Shown one piece after another: positions 1 through 9,070 of a DNA stretch of 46,477 nucleotides. The stretch spans positions 1 through 46,477 of the forward strand of contig CAZHZQ010000003.1 of the NCBI GenBank assembly GCA_964537235.1. Direction: 5' to 3'. The position numbers were made by a program, and so were the translations under genes. The first letter of the stretch is position 1, and every line of letters begins with the position of its first letter. The DNA is from an uncultured Actinomycetota bacterium (GTDB lineage Bacteria; Actinomycetota; Nitriliruptoria; Nitriliruptorales; JAHWKO01). The notes beneath the pieces were generated by a model that saw only the letters and a program-made list of their open reading frames with translations, had not been told where the DNA came from and made no database searches.

Positions 1-1
1 C

Positions 2-1108
2 CAGCCGGAGTTCACCCAGCTCGACCTCGAGATGTCCTTCATCGAGGAGGAGGACATCTACGAGCTCATGGAGGAGATGTTCGCCGAGATCTGGCGGGAG
101 GTCCTCGACGTCGAGCTCGAGACCCCGTTCCCACGGATGTCCCACGACGAGGCGATGCGGCGGTTCGGCTCCGACAAGCCGGACCTGCGCTTCGACCTGG
201 AACTCGCCGATCTCGCCGAGGTGTTCGCCGACACCGACGTCGGCGTCTTCAAGGGGGTGCTGGACGGCGGCGGCACGGTCGTGGCGCTGGCGTTGCCCGA
301 CGGCGGGGACCTGTCCCGCAGCCAGTTCGACGGCTGGACGGACTGGGCCCGCAACCGTGGAGCCAAGGGGTTGGCGTGGGCGGTCGTGGAGGACGACGAC
401 GATGCCGACCGCCCATCGTTGCGTTCGCCGCTGGCCAAGTACATGTCGCACGACGAGGTGGCCGGGATCATCGACGAGACCGGGGCGCAGCCGGGCGACG
501 CGATCTTCTTCGGTGCCGGTCCGATCACCTGGGCACGACAACTGATGGGTGCGCTGCGGATCGCGTTGGCCAAGGACCGCGACCTGGTCGACACCTCGAT
601 GTGGCAGTTCCTGTGGGTGGTCGACTTCCCGCTGTTCGAACAGGACGAGGACGGCTCCTGGAGCCCCAGCCACCACCCGTTCACGGGCATCCACCCGGAG
701 GACCTCGAGGACTTCGAGGACAACCCGGGCACGACGCGGTCCCGGGCCTACGACATCGTCCTCAACGGCTTCGAGCTCGGCTCGGGGTCGATCAGGATCC
801 ACGACCGCGAGACCCAGCAGCGGGTCCTGTCGTTCCTCGGGATCGACGAGCAGGAGGCCGAGGAACGGTTCGGGTTCCTGCTGCGCGGTCTGTCCTACGG
901 TGCCCCGCCCCACGGCGGGTTCGCCCCCGGCATCGACCGCATCGTGATGCTGCTGGCCCGGCGGGACTCGATCCGCGAGGTGATCGCGTTCCCCAAGACC
1001 CAGTCCGGCTGGGACCCCATGACGGACGCCCCGGCCCCGGCCGACCCGGACGCGCTCCGGGAGCTCGGCCTCGAGCTCGTCGTCGATCCCGAGGACGACG
1101 GGGACTGA
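2..1108 (+). CDS. aspS: Aspartate--tRNA ligase, 3' part (begins upstream of the window)
   Basis: Frame open from base 2 (QPEFTQLDLEMSF); motifs RFGSDKPDLR, HHPFT, AYDIVLNGFELGSGSIRIH, GAPPHGGFAPGIDR, IREVIAFPK. Confidence 0.97.
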   Translation, partial: QPEFTQLDLEMSFIEEEDIYELMEEMFAEIWREVLDVELETPFPRMSHDEAMRRFGSDKPDLRFDLELADLAEVFADTDVGVFKGVLDGGGTVVALALPDGGDLSRSQFDGWTDWARNRGAKGLAWAVVEDDDDADRPSLRSPLAKYMSHDEVAGIIDETGAQPGDAIFFGAGPITWARQLMGALRIALAKDRDLVDTSMWQFLWVVDFPLFEQDEDGSWSPSHHPFTGIHPEDLEDFEDNPGTTRSRAYDIVLNGFELGSGSIRIHDRETQQRVLSFLGIDEQEAEERFGFLLRGLSYGAPPHGGFAPGIDRIVMLLARRDSIREVIAFPKTQSGWDPMTDAPAPADPDALRELGLELVVDPEDDGD

Positions 1109-1115
1109 CCACGCC

Positions 1116-2570
1116 ATGGACCAGCTGTTCGACATGGGGACCGGGGATCGTGGTGACGAACGCCCCCTCGAGGTCGACGTGAACGCCCCGCTCGCCGCAC
1201 GGATGCGTCCGCGGAACCTCGACGAGTACGTCGGCCAGCACGAGATCGTCGGGCCCGGCTCGTCGCTGCGCAAGTTGGTCGAGCAGGACCGGCTGACGTC
1301 CCTGCTGCTCTGGGGTCCTCCCGGAGCCGGCAAGACGAGCCTCGCCGCGGTGATCGCCGGCTCCACCGACGCCGCCTGGGCCGAGCTGTCCGCCGTCACC
1401 GCGGGCGTGAAGGACGTCCGCGGTGTCATCGAGGAGGCGCGTGAACGGTTGCGCGCCACGGGTCGACGCACGGTGCTGTTCATCGACGAGATCCACCGGT
1501 TCAACAAGGCCCAGCAGGACGCGCTGCTGCCGGCGGTCGAGAACGGCTGGGTGGTGCTCGTGGGGGCGACGACAGAGAACCCGTTCTTCGAGCTGAACGC
1601 CCCGCTCATCTCCCGCTGCCAGTTGGCCCGCCTGGAGCCGCTGGAGGCCGACGCGGTCCGCGCGATCGTCCGACGGGCGCTGGCCGACCCGGACCGCGGG
1701 TACGGCGGGACCGTCGAGGCCACCGCTGACGCGATCGAGCACCTCGTCGTGACCGCGGACGGCGACGCCCGCACCGCCCTGGCGGCCCTTGAGGTCGCGG
1801 TCCAGGCGGCCGGCGGCGCCGTCGACCCCACGGCAGACACCCCGGCCACGGCAGACGCCACCGCCATCACGGTCGACGTCGACGACGTCCAGGCCGCTCT
1901 GGCCTCCAAGCGCCTGCGGTACGACAAGGCCGGCGACCAGCACTACGACCAGATCTCCGCGTTCATCAAGTCCATGCGGGGCAGCGACGCGGACGCCGCC
2001 GTCTACTGGCTCACGCGCATGTTGGACGAGGGGGAGGACCCGCGGTTCCTGGCCCGTCGGATGGTCATCTTCGCCAGCGAGGACGTCGGTCTGGCCGACC
2101 GGACCGCCCTGCCCACCGCGGTCGCGGCCTTCGAGGCCCTCGACCGGGTCGGCCTGCCAGAGGCCCGTCACAACCTCACCCACGCGGCGATCGCGCTGGC
2201 GACCGCCCCGAAGTCCAACGCCGTCACCCGGGCGATGGGGGCTGCCGACCGGGCGGTCGCCAGCGCGGGCAACGCCGCCGTGCCGGTGCACCTGCGGGAT
2301 GCCCACTACCGTGGGGCCGACCGGCTGGGGCACGGGTCCGGATACCGCTACCCGCACGACTACGCTGACGGCCACGTGGCGCAGCAGTACCTCCCGGACG
2401 AGCTCACCGGCACCGTGCTGTACGAGCCCACCGACCACGGCGACGAGGCCGAGGTGCGGCGCCGGGTCCGGGCCTGGCGCGACGCCACCGACACCAGAGA
2501 CGCCACCGACACCGACGACACCGACGACACCAACGACGACACGCAGGACGAGGACAAGGGAGAGGCGTGA
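1116..2570 (+). CDS. rarA: Replication-associated recombination protein A (RarA/MgsA AAA+ ATPase)
   Basis: PLAARMRP, Walker A GPPGAGKTS, LFIDEIHRFNKAQQDALLP, GATTENP, HYDQISAFIKSMRGSD, ASEDVGLAD. Confidence 0.95.
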   Translation: MDQLFDMGTGDRGDERPLEVDVNAPLAARMRPRNLDEYVGQHEIVGPGSSLRKLVEQDRLTSLLLWGPPGAGKTSLAAVIAGSTDAAWAELSAVTAGVKDVRGVIEEARERLRATGRRTVLFIDEIHRFNKAQQDALLPAVENGWVVLVGATTENPFFELNAPLISRCQLARLEPLEADAVRAIVRRALADPDRGYGGTVEATADAIEHLVVTADGDARTALAALEVAVQAAGGAVDPTADTPATADATAITVDVDDVQAALASKRLRYDKAGDQHYDQISAFIKSMRGSDADAAVYWLTRMLDEGEDPRFLARRMVIFASEDVGLADRTALPTAVAAFEALDRVGLPEARHNLTHAAIALATAPKSNAVTRAMGAADRAVASAGNAAVPVHLRDAHYRGADRLGHGSGYRYPHDYADGHVAQQYLPDELTGTVLYEPTDHGDEAEVRRRVRAWRDATDTRDATDTDDTDDTNDDTQDEDKGEA

Positions 2571-2929
2571 GCGGAGCCGACATCGCCTGGATCATCATCG
2601 CCGGGTTCTTCGGGCTGGGGATGGTGGTGCTCAGCATCGTGCTGTTGAACGTGTTCCGCCTGATCTCCCAGGTCGGCGAGCTGGTCGAGGGCGTGACCAA
2701 GGAGACGGTCCCGCTCATCGGCAGCGTCAACGAGACGGTGTCCGGCATCAACGTCGAGCTCGCCCGTGTCGACGCGATCATGGCCGGTGTCCAGCACATG
2801 ACCACGACCGCCGACTCGCTGGTGTCGGTGCTGCACGCGACCGTCGCGAACCCGCTCGTGAAGGCCGCCGGCTACCTCGCCGGTGCGACCGCCGCCATGA
2901 AGGCCGCCAAGGCCGCCAAGGAGGCCTGA
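2567..2929 (+). CDS. DUF948-like membrane-anchored helical protein
   Basis: N-terminal TM helix then amphipathic helices; GTGA overlap with rarA stop; usual actinobacterial position between rarA and alaS. Confidence 0.75.
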   Translation: MSGADIAWIIIAGFFGLGMVVLSIVLLNVFRLISQVGELVEGVTKETVPLIGSVNETVSGINVELARVDAIMAGVQHMTTTADSLVSVLHATVANPLVKAAGYLAGATAAMKAAKAAKEA

Positions 2930-2937
2930 CCCACCCC

Positions 2938-3222
2938 ATGCGCAAGTTCTTCCTCTTCATCCTCCTGACCCTGTTCGGTCTGGGCATCGGTCTGGCGATC
3001 GGTGCGATCCTGATGCGCCGGGTCGACAAGGCGGCCGCCCAGGTCCGTCCCGACAACCTGGCCGCCGCCGCAGCCGGCAAGGCCGTCAAGTGGCGCGAAC
3101 GGCTGAACGTCGCCATGCAGGCCGGGGCCCGCGCAGCGTCCGAGAAGGAGGCCGAGCTCCGCCAGGAGTACGGCGTGCCGACCATGAGCGAGGTCGCCCG
3201 CCAGCACCGCCCCCGGGGCTGA
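2938..3222 (+). CDS. Small membrane protein (94 aa, MRKFFLFILL...)
   Basis: ATG at 2938 within the 1789..3222 ORF; hydrophobic N-terminus; fills the gap before alaS. Confidence 0.75.
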   Translation: MRKFFLFILLTLFGLGIGLAIGAILMRRVDKAAAQVRPDNLAAAAAGKAVKWRERLNVAMQAGARAASEKEAELRQEYGVPTMSEVARQHRPRG

Positions 3223-3223
3223 C

Positions 3224-5857
3224 GTGCGCTCCGACGAGATCCGCGAGACCTTCCTGCGATTCTTCGAGGAGCGTGACCACCGGCGCTACCCGTCCGCCTC
3301 GCTGATCCCCAACGATCCGACATTGCTGTTGACCACCGCCGGGATGGTCCCGTTCAAGCCGTACTTCCTCGGGGATGCCGACCCCCCCGTGCCCCGCGCG
3401 ACCAGCTGCCAGAAGTCGGCCCGGACCACCGACATCGAGAACGTCGGACGCACCAGCCGCCACCTGACGTTCTTCGAGATGCTCGGCAACTTCTCGTTCG
3501 GCGACTACTTCAAGCGCGAGGCGATCCGCTGGGCGTGGGAACTGTCGCTGGAGCACCTCGACCTCGACCCCGAGCGGATCTGGGCGACCGTCTACGAGGA
3601 CGACGACGAGTCCGCGCAGCTCTGGCTCGAGGAGACCGACGTCCCCGAGGAGCGCCTCCAGTGGCTCGGCGGGGACGACAACTTCTGGTGGATGCACGTC
3701 GCCGGACCGGGCGGCCCCAACACCGAGCTGTTCTACGACCGCGGACCGGATTTCGGCGAGGCCGGAGGCCCCGCGGTCAACGGCGAGCGCTACTTCGAGT
3801 ACTACAACCTCGTGTTCATGCAGTACCGACTGGACGACGAGGGCAACATCCTGGGTGAGCTGCCCGACCAGAGCGTCGACACCGGGATGGGCCTCGAGCG
3901 GATGGCGGTGCTGAAGCAGGACGTGCCGACGATCTTCGAGACCGACGTCTTCCGCCCCGTCATCCAGCGCGCCGAGGAGCTGACCGGGACCACCTACGGC
4001 GAGGACGACGATGCGGACGTCAGCCTGCGGGTCATCGCCGAGCACGCCCGGACCTCCACGTTCCTGATCGCCGACGGGGTCCTGCCCGCCAAGGAGGGGC
4101 GCGGGTACGTCCTGCGCCGTCTGATGCGCCGGGTCGTGCGGCACTCGCGGCTGCTCGGCAGCGAGGAGCCGCTGCTGGTCCCGATGGTCGACGCGGTCAT
4201 CGCCACGATGCGTTCCGGGTACCCGGAGCTCGACGACCAGCGCGAGCTCGTCACCCGCGTCGCCGGCGCGGAGGAGGAGGACTTCGTGGGCACCCTGCGC
4301 CAGGGCCTGGCGATCCTCGAGGACGCCGTCGAGGACGCCCAGGAGGCGGGGCGCGAGCAACTGCCCGGCGACACCGCGTTCAAGCTGCACGACACGTACG
4401 GGTTCCCGGTCGACCTCACCGTCGAGATCGTCGAGGAGCAGGGTCTGGGTCTGGACCGCGACGAGTTCGACCGGCTGATGGAGGAGCAGCGGCAGCGTGC
4501 CCGCGCGGCCCGCAAGACCGGCGACGAGGGCACCCCCGTGGAGGTGTACCGGCGGGCGGCCGGTTCGCTGGCGGGCGAGGTCGAGTTCCTCGGCTACGAC
4601 ACCACCGCGGCGGACTCCACGGTGGGGGCGCTGCTCACCCCTGGTGGGACCGTCGCCGAGGTGGACGAGGGCGACGAGGTCGAGGTCGTCCTGCCGGCGA
4701 CCCCGTTCTACGCCGAGGGGGGCGGTCAGGTCGGCGACCGGGGGATCCTCGAGACTTCGACGGGTCGATTGGAGGTGGTCGACACCTACGCGCCGATCGA
4801 GGGGCTGATCGTCCACCGTGCGAAGGTGGTGGCCGGCGAGGTCGCCGAGGGTCAGGAGGTCACTGCGGCCGTCGACGAGGGGTTCCGTGTCGCGACCGAA
4901 CGCAGCCATTCGGCCACCCACGTCCTGCACGCCACGGTCAAGGAGCTGTTGGGTTCGCACGCGCAGCAGGCCGGGTCGCTGGTCGAGCCGGGGCGTCTGC
5001 GGTTCGACTTCCCGCACTTCGAGCAGGTCCCGCGCGAGACGTTGGCCGCGCTGGAGGAGACGGTGAACGCCCGTGTGCTGCGCGACCCGTCGGTCCACGC
5101 GGAGCGCATGCCGATCGACGAGGCCAAGGCCGAAGGGGCGATCGCCCTGTTCGGGGAGAAGTACGGCGACGTCGTCCGCGTGGTCACGATCGGCGACTTC
5201 TCGAAGGAGCTGTGCGGCGGGACGCACGTCGCGTCCGGGGCGCGTGTCGGCGGGATCGTGATCGTGCGTGAGGAGTCGATCGGCGCCAACCAGCGGCGCA
5301 TCGAGGCCCTGACCGGCCAGGACGCCTACCGCCACGCCGCTCGCGAGCGGTTGATCGCCGAGGAGGTCGCCCGCATGCTCGACGTGCGCCCCGACGACGT
5401 CGTCGAGCGGGTGTCCGGCCTGGTCGAACGGCTCCGTGACGCCGAGAAGGAGCTCGACAAGGTCCGGGCGGCAGGGCTGTCCCAGCAGGCCGAGGCGATC
5501 GCCGACGAGACCGAACGCCGGGACGGCCTGGCGATCGTCGCGCGCGAGGTCGACGTCCCCGGCGCGGACGAGCTGCGCCAGCTCGCGCTGGAGATCCGCG
5601 GTCACCTGGGGGAGCGGGGCGTGGTGGTCCTGGCCACGGCCAGCGGTGACGGCAAGGCGCAGATGGTCGCGGTGCTCACGCAGGACCTGGCGGACGCCGG
5701 GATCGAGGCACGCGACATCCTCCACCCGGCCGCGCAGGTCCTCGGCGGCGGGGCGGGCGGGAAGGGCGAGCTCGCCCAGGCCGGCGGTCGCGAGGCCGCG
5801 AAGCTGGACGACGCGCTGGCCGTCGCGGTCGACGAGGCCCGCTCGGCGGCCGGGTAG
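3224..5857 (+). CDS. alaS: Alanine--tRNA ligase
   Basis: DPTLLLTTAGMVPFKPYF, HLTFFEMLGNFSFGDYFK, DTGMGLER, FKLHDTYGFP, TPFYAEGGGQVGD, editing motifs HSATH and ELCGGTH. Confidence 0.98.
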   Translation: MRSDEIRETFLRFFEERDHRRYPSASLIPNDPTLLLTTAGMVPFKPYFLGDADPPVPRATSCQKSARTTDIENVGRTSRHLTFFEMLGNFSFGDYFKREAIRWAWELSLEHLDLDPERIWATVYEDDDESAQLWLEETDVPEERLQWLGGDDNFWWMHVAGPGGPNTELFYDRGPDFGEAGGPAVNGERYFEYYNLVFMQYRLDDEGNILGELPDQSVDTGMGLERMAVLKQDVPTIFETDVFRPVIQRAEELTGTTYGEDDDADVSLRVIAEHARTSTFLIADGVLPAKEGRGYVLRRLMRRVVRHSRLLGSEEPLLVPMVDAVIATMRSGYPELDDQRELVTRVAGAEEEDFVGTLRQGLAILEDAVEDAQEAGREQLPGDTAFKLHDTYGFPVDLTVEIVEEQGLGLDRDEFDRLMEEQRQRARAARKTGDEGTPVEVYRRAAGSLAGEVEFLGYDTTAADSTVGALLTPGGTVAEVDEGDEVEVVLPATPFYAEGGGQVGDRGILETSTGRLEVVDTYAPIEGLIVHRAKVVAGEVAEGQEVTAAVDEGFRVATERSHSATHVLHATVKELLGSHAQQAGSLVEPGRLRFDFPHFEQVPRETLAALEETVNARVLRDPSVHAERMPIDEAKAEGAIALFGEKYGDVVRVVTIGDFSKELCGGTHVASGARVGGIVIVREESIGANQRRIEALTGQDAYRHAARERLIAEEVARMLDVRPDDVVERVSGLVERLRDAEKELDKVRAAGLSQQAEAIADETERRDGLAIVAREVDVPGADELRQLALEIRGHLGERGVVVLATASGDGKAQMVAVLTQDLADAGIEARDILHPAAQVLGGGAGGKGELAQAGGREAAKLDDALAVAVDEARSAAG

Positions 5858-5876
5858 CTGTGTCCCTCGGAACGTT

Positions 5877-6332
5877 GTGACCGCCCGCGCCCTCGGGGTC
5901 GACCTCGGTGACGTCCGGATCGGCCTGGCGGTCGGTGATCCGTCCGGTGTCGTCGCAACCCCCCTCGAGACGGTCGATGCCCCCGACGATCCCCGGGACA
6001 TCGACGCGCTGGCCTCGTTGATCGCGGACATCGCGGAACGTGAGGAGGCCAGCACCGTGGTGATCGGCTGGCCCCGGACGATGGCAGCACGGGAGGGGCG
6101 TCCAGCCCGGCACTCCCGGCTGGTGGCCGAACGGTTGCAGGAGACCACCGGGCTGCGCGTCGAACTGTTCGACGAGCGGTTCTCGACGGTTGAGGCGGAA
6201 CGTTCCATGCTGGCACAGGACGCGTCACGGCGTGAGCGGCGGTCCGCCGTCGATCGGGTCGCGGCTACCCTCATCCTCCAGGCGTTCCTCGATCGGGAAC
6301 GCTCGAGCGGTCCCCCCGGAGGTGCGCGCTGA
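5877..6332 (+). CDS. ruvX: Holliday junction resolvase-like protein RuvX/YqgF
   Basis: ALGVDLGDVRIGLAVGDP, VVIGWP, DERFST, VDRVAATLILQAFLD; GTG start at 5877; alaS-ruvX-mltG order. Confidence 0.93.
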   Translation: MTARALGVDLGDVRIGLAVGDPSGVVATPLETVDAPDDPRDIDALASLIADIAEREEASTVVIGWPRTMAAREGRPARHSRLVAERLQETTGLRVELFDERFSTVEAERSMLAQDASRRERRSAVDRVAATLILQAFLDRERSSGPPGGAR

Positions 6333-7438
6333 TGGCGCTCAGCGGAGCTGCCAAGGGGGTGCTGATCGCCCTGGCCGTCCTGATCGCGCTCGTCGGGGCC
6401 GGACTGGGCTTCGCCGCGTGGTCCCTCGGAGGCGAGCCGGGCGAGGGCGAACCGCTGACGTTCACCGTCGAGAAGGGCCGGAGCGCCTCGGCGGTCGCGT
6501 CGGAGCTCGAGGACGAGGGCGTCGTGCGCTCGTCGCTGGCGTTCCGTCTGAAGGCCCGCAGCCGCGGGCTGGACCGCAACCTGGCCGCCGGCACCTACGA
6601 GCTCGAGACGGGGATGTCGGTCGACGAGGCGATCGATGCGTTCCTCGCGGGCCCGAAGGCGCCGGACGCGATCCGGTTCACGATCCCCGAGGGGCTGACC
6701 GTCGAGGAGATCCTCGCCCGGCTGGCCGACAACACCCCGCACAGCGTCGAGGACTACCGCGCCGTCCTCGCCGCGCGGGATCTCGAACTGCCGGGCTGGG
6801 TCCCGGCCCTCGACAGCTTCCCCGGCGGGGTCGACGAGCCGTACGAGGGGCTGTTCTTCCCGGAGACCTACGAGGTCAAGAAGGAGGCCGATGCCCGCAC
6901 GATCCTGCAGATCATGGCGGACCACATGGCCGGCGTGATCGACGAGGTGGGGACCGACGAGGCCGTCGCGGCCGCATCACAGATCGGGCTCGACCGCTAC
7001 GAGACCCTGATCCTGGCCAGCCTCGTCGAGGAGGAGGCCCAGGTCGCCGACGAACGAGCCGTCATCGCGGGCGTGATCGTCAACCGGTTGGCGGCCGACC
7101 GCGCCCTCGAGGTCGACGCCTCCAACCTGTACGCGGCGGGGTTCAAGGGTCGCGCCACCTCCGGTGTGCGCAACGTCGAGGGCCCGTACAACCTCTACGA
7201 CAACGCCGGCCTGCCGCCGACGCCGATTTCCGCGCCCGGACGGGCCGCGATCGCGGCCGCGTTCGAACCCGCGGACACCGACTTCCTCTACTACGTCAAG
7301 AAGAACGAGGAGGGAGAGCACGCGTTCGCGGAGACGTTCGAGGACCATCAGCGCAACGTCGCGCGGTTCCGCGAGATGCAGGAGCGCGAGAGGCAGGAGA
7401 AGGCCACCGAGTCGCCGGCCCCGTCGACCGGTTCGTGA
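6332..7438 (+). CDS. mltG: Endolytic transglycosylase MltG (YceG family)
   Basis: N-terminal TM; TIPEGLT, EGLFFPETY, LASLVEEE, YNLYDNAGLPPTPISAPG, FLYYV. Confidence 0.93.
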   Translation: MALSGAAKGVLIALAVLIALVGAGLGFAAWSLGGEPGEGEPLTFTVEKGRSASAVASELEDEGVVRSSLAFRLKARSRGLDRNLAAGTYELETGMSVDEAIDAFLAGPKAPDAIRFTIPEGLTVEEILARLADNTPHSVEDYRAVLAARDLELPGWVPALDSFPGGVDEPYEGLFFPETYEVKKEADARTILQIMADHMAGVIDEVGTDEAVAAASQIGLDRYETLILASLVEEEAQVADERAVIAGVIVNRLAADRALEVDASNLYAAGFKGRATSGVRNVEGPYNLYDNAGLPPTPISAPGRAAIAAAFEPADTDFLYYVKKNEEGEHAFAETFEDHQRNVARFREMQERERQEKATESPAPSTGS

Positions 7439-8322
7439 CGGACCGGATCACCGCACACACGCGGCTCGTCGGGCTGCTCGGCTGGCCGGTGCGGCACTCG
7501 CTGTCTCCCGTACTGCACAACGCGGCGTTCCGAGAGGTCGACCTCGACCTCGTGTACCTCGCCCTGCCCACACCACCCGACCGGCTCGAGGCGGTGGTCG
7601 GGTCCCTCGGGGCGATGGAGGTGCCCGGCGCGAACGTCACGGTGCCGCACAAGGAGTCCGTGACCGACCTGTGCGACCGTCTGACCGACGAGGCGAGGAT
7701 CGTCGGAGCCGTGAACACGCTGCTGTGGGATGCCGACGGTCTGGTGGGGGACAACACCGACGCCCTGGGGCTCGGGCACGTGCTGCGCGACGATCTGGGG
7801 ATCGACGGGCGGATCACCGCGGTCGTGCTCGGCACCGGTGGAGCGGCACGGGCCTGCGCGGTCGCGCTGGGGCGGGTGGGCGCCGGCGTGACGTTCGTGG
7901 GGCGCCGTCCGGACGCGGCGCGAGCGCTGGCCGGGGTCGCGGCCGACCAGGGTGCGACCGGGACCGCGGGCGTGGATCTGGACGACACGGGCACGGTGTC
8001 CCAGGCCGTCTCCCGAGCGGAGCTCGTCGTGAACGCGACCCCGTTGGGGCTCGAGCACGAGGACCTGCCGGCCCCCTTCATGTCGTTGCACGAGGGGCAG
8101 ATCGCCTACGACCTCGTCTACCGCCCCCCGGAGACGCCGTTCCTCGTCGCCGCGAGGCGGTCCGGAGCCGAGGCGCACCACGGGCTCGGCATGCTGGTGG
8201 CCCAGGCTGCCGAGAGCTTCCGCCGGTGGACCGGCCACGACGCCCCGATCGCCACCATGTCGGCCGCCGGTCTGGCGGCGCTCGTGGGGCGGGATCGCGC
8301 CCGGGACCGCTCCGGAGACTGA
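7435..8322 (+). CDS. aroE: Shikimate dehydrogenase
   Basis: GWPVRHSLSPVLHN, GANVTVPHK, GAVNT, DNTD, GTGGAARA, NATPLG, DLVY, GLGMLVAQA; GTGA overlap with mltG. Confidence 0.95.
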   Translation: MTDRITAHTRLVGLLGWPVRHSLSPVLHNAAFREVDLDLVYLALPTPPDRLEAVVGSLGAMEVPGANVTVPHKESVTDLCDRLTDEARIVGAVNTLLWDADGLVGDNTDALGLGHVLRDDLGIDGRITAVVLGTGGAARACAVALGRVGAGVTFVGRRPDAARALAGVAADQGATGTAGVDLDDTGTVSQAVSRAELVVNATPLGLEHEDLPAPFMSLHEGQIAYDLVYRPPETPFLVAARRSGAEAHHGLGMLVAQAAESFRRWTGHDAPIATMSAAGLAALVGRDRARDRSGD

Positions 8323-8399
8323 TCTGTCCCGTCGTACCGCACGCGGCGGGCAGCACCACTACGCTCGTCGTGTACGGACGTCCTGCGGGGGCTGGACAT

Positions 8400-8425
8400 T
8401 CAAGTCAACCGGCCGAACTGCCGAC
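8400..8425 (+). promoter_or_regulatory. Candidate sigma-28 (FliA/WhiG)-type promoter
   Basis: TCAAG-N15-GCCGAC in the intergenic region upstream of the roadblock-GTPase-PilB operon; resembles the TAAA/TCAA...GCCGATAA consensus. Confidence 0.3.
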
Positions 8426-8534
8426 CTTCACCCCGCGGGCCCGGTTCGCGCCCGTGGGTCGCGCTGGTCGCGGTTCCGGGCCGGACGGTGAGTCCGAACG
8501 GTGCCCGAACGCGTCACGCAGAGGGAGAACGGAC

Positions 8535-9038
8535 ATGGCCGACTCGAAGGCACAGCGGCTCGCAACCGCACTCGACGAGTTCATCCACAGCTCGCCGGAC
8601 GTCGAGGCCGCTGCGGTGGTCTCGTTCGACGGCCTGCCGATGGCCAGCGCCCTGCCTCCCGAGATGGAGGAGGACCGCGTCGGCGCGATGAGCGCCGCAC
8701 TGCTGTCTCTGGGTGAACAGGCCGCGCTGGGACTGGGGCGCGGGCAGCTCAACCAGGTCTTCGTGGAGGGCGAGCAGGGTTTCGTCTTCCTCATGTCCGC
8801 CAAGGACCAGGCGGTGCTGGCCGCGATCGCCCGTCGCACGGCGAAGATCGGCTTCATGCTGTTCGAGATGCGTCGCGCGGCCGCACGGATCGGTGAGGTG
8901 CTGGGCGAGGGCCACGACGACGAGGACCGCTATGCGGAGGTCGTCGAGGCGACGCCGGCCGAGGCCTCCAGCGAGGTCTCGGGGCCGGACGCCGGCGCCG
9001 GGTCGCCGGCCAGCGCGACCGAAGCCGCGTACCAGTGA
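8535..9038 (+). CDS. Roadblock/LC7 domain protein (MglB-like)
   Basis: VEAAAVVSFDGLPMASALP, DRVGAMSAALLSLGE, LGRGQLNQVFVEGEQG; RBS GAGGGAG upstream of ATG 8535. Confidence 0.9.
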   Translation: MADSKAQRLATALDEFIHSSPDVEAAAVVSFDGLPMASALPPEMEEDRVGAMSAALLSLGEQAALGLGRGQLNQVFVEGEQGFVFLMSAKDQAVLAAIARRTAKIGFMLFEMRRAAARIGEVLGEGHDDEDRYAEVVEATPAEASSEVSGPDAGAGSPASATEAAYQ

Positions 9039-9070
9039 TGCGACGACGATCACGGCGGGAGGGCTGAACG

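Noticed and set aside
2481-2560. D/T-rich repeats at the rarA C-terminus
   Set aside because: Low-complexity acidic tail, similar to other disordered termini in this window; no sign of a separate function.
3086-6925. Long antisense and alternate-frame ORFs (e.g. 3086..6925-, 14106..16640-, 792..2438-, 45064..46461-, 44994..46193+)
   Set aside because: Shadow ORFs typical of high-GC DNA; they overlap well-supported genes and have no recognisable motifs.
8323-8534. c-di-GMP or other riboswitch upstream of the roadblock-PilB operon
   Set aside because: I could not identify the conserved riboswitch motifs by eye; an Rfam scan would be needed to exclude it.
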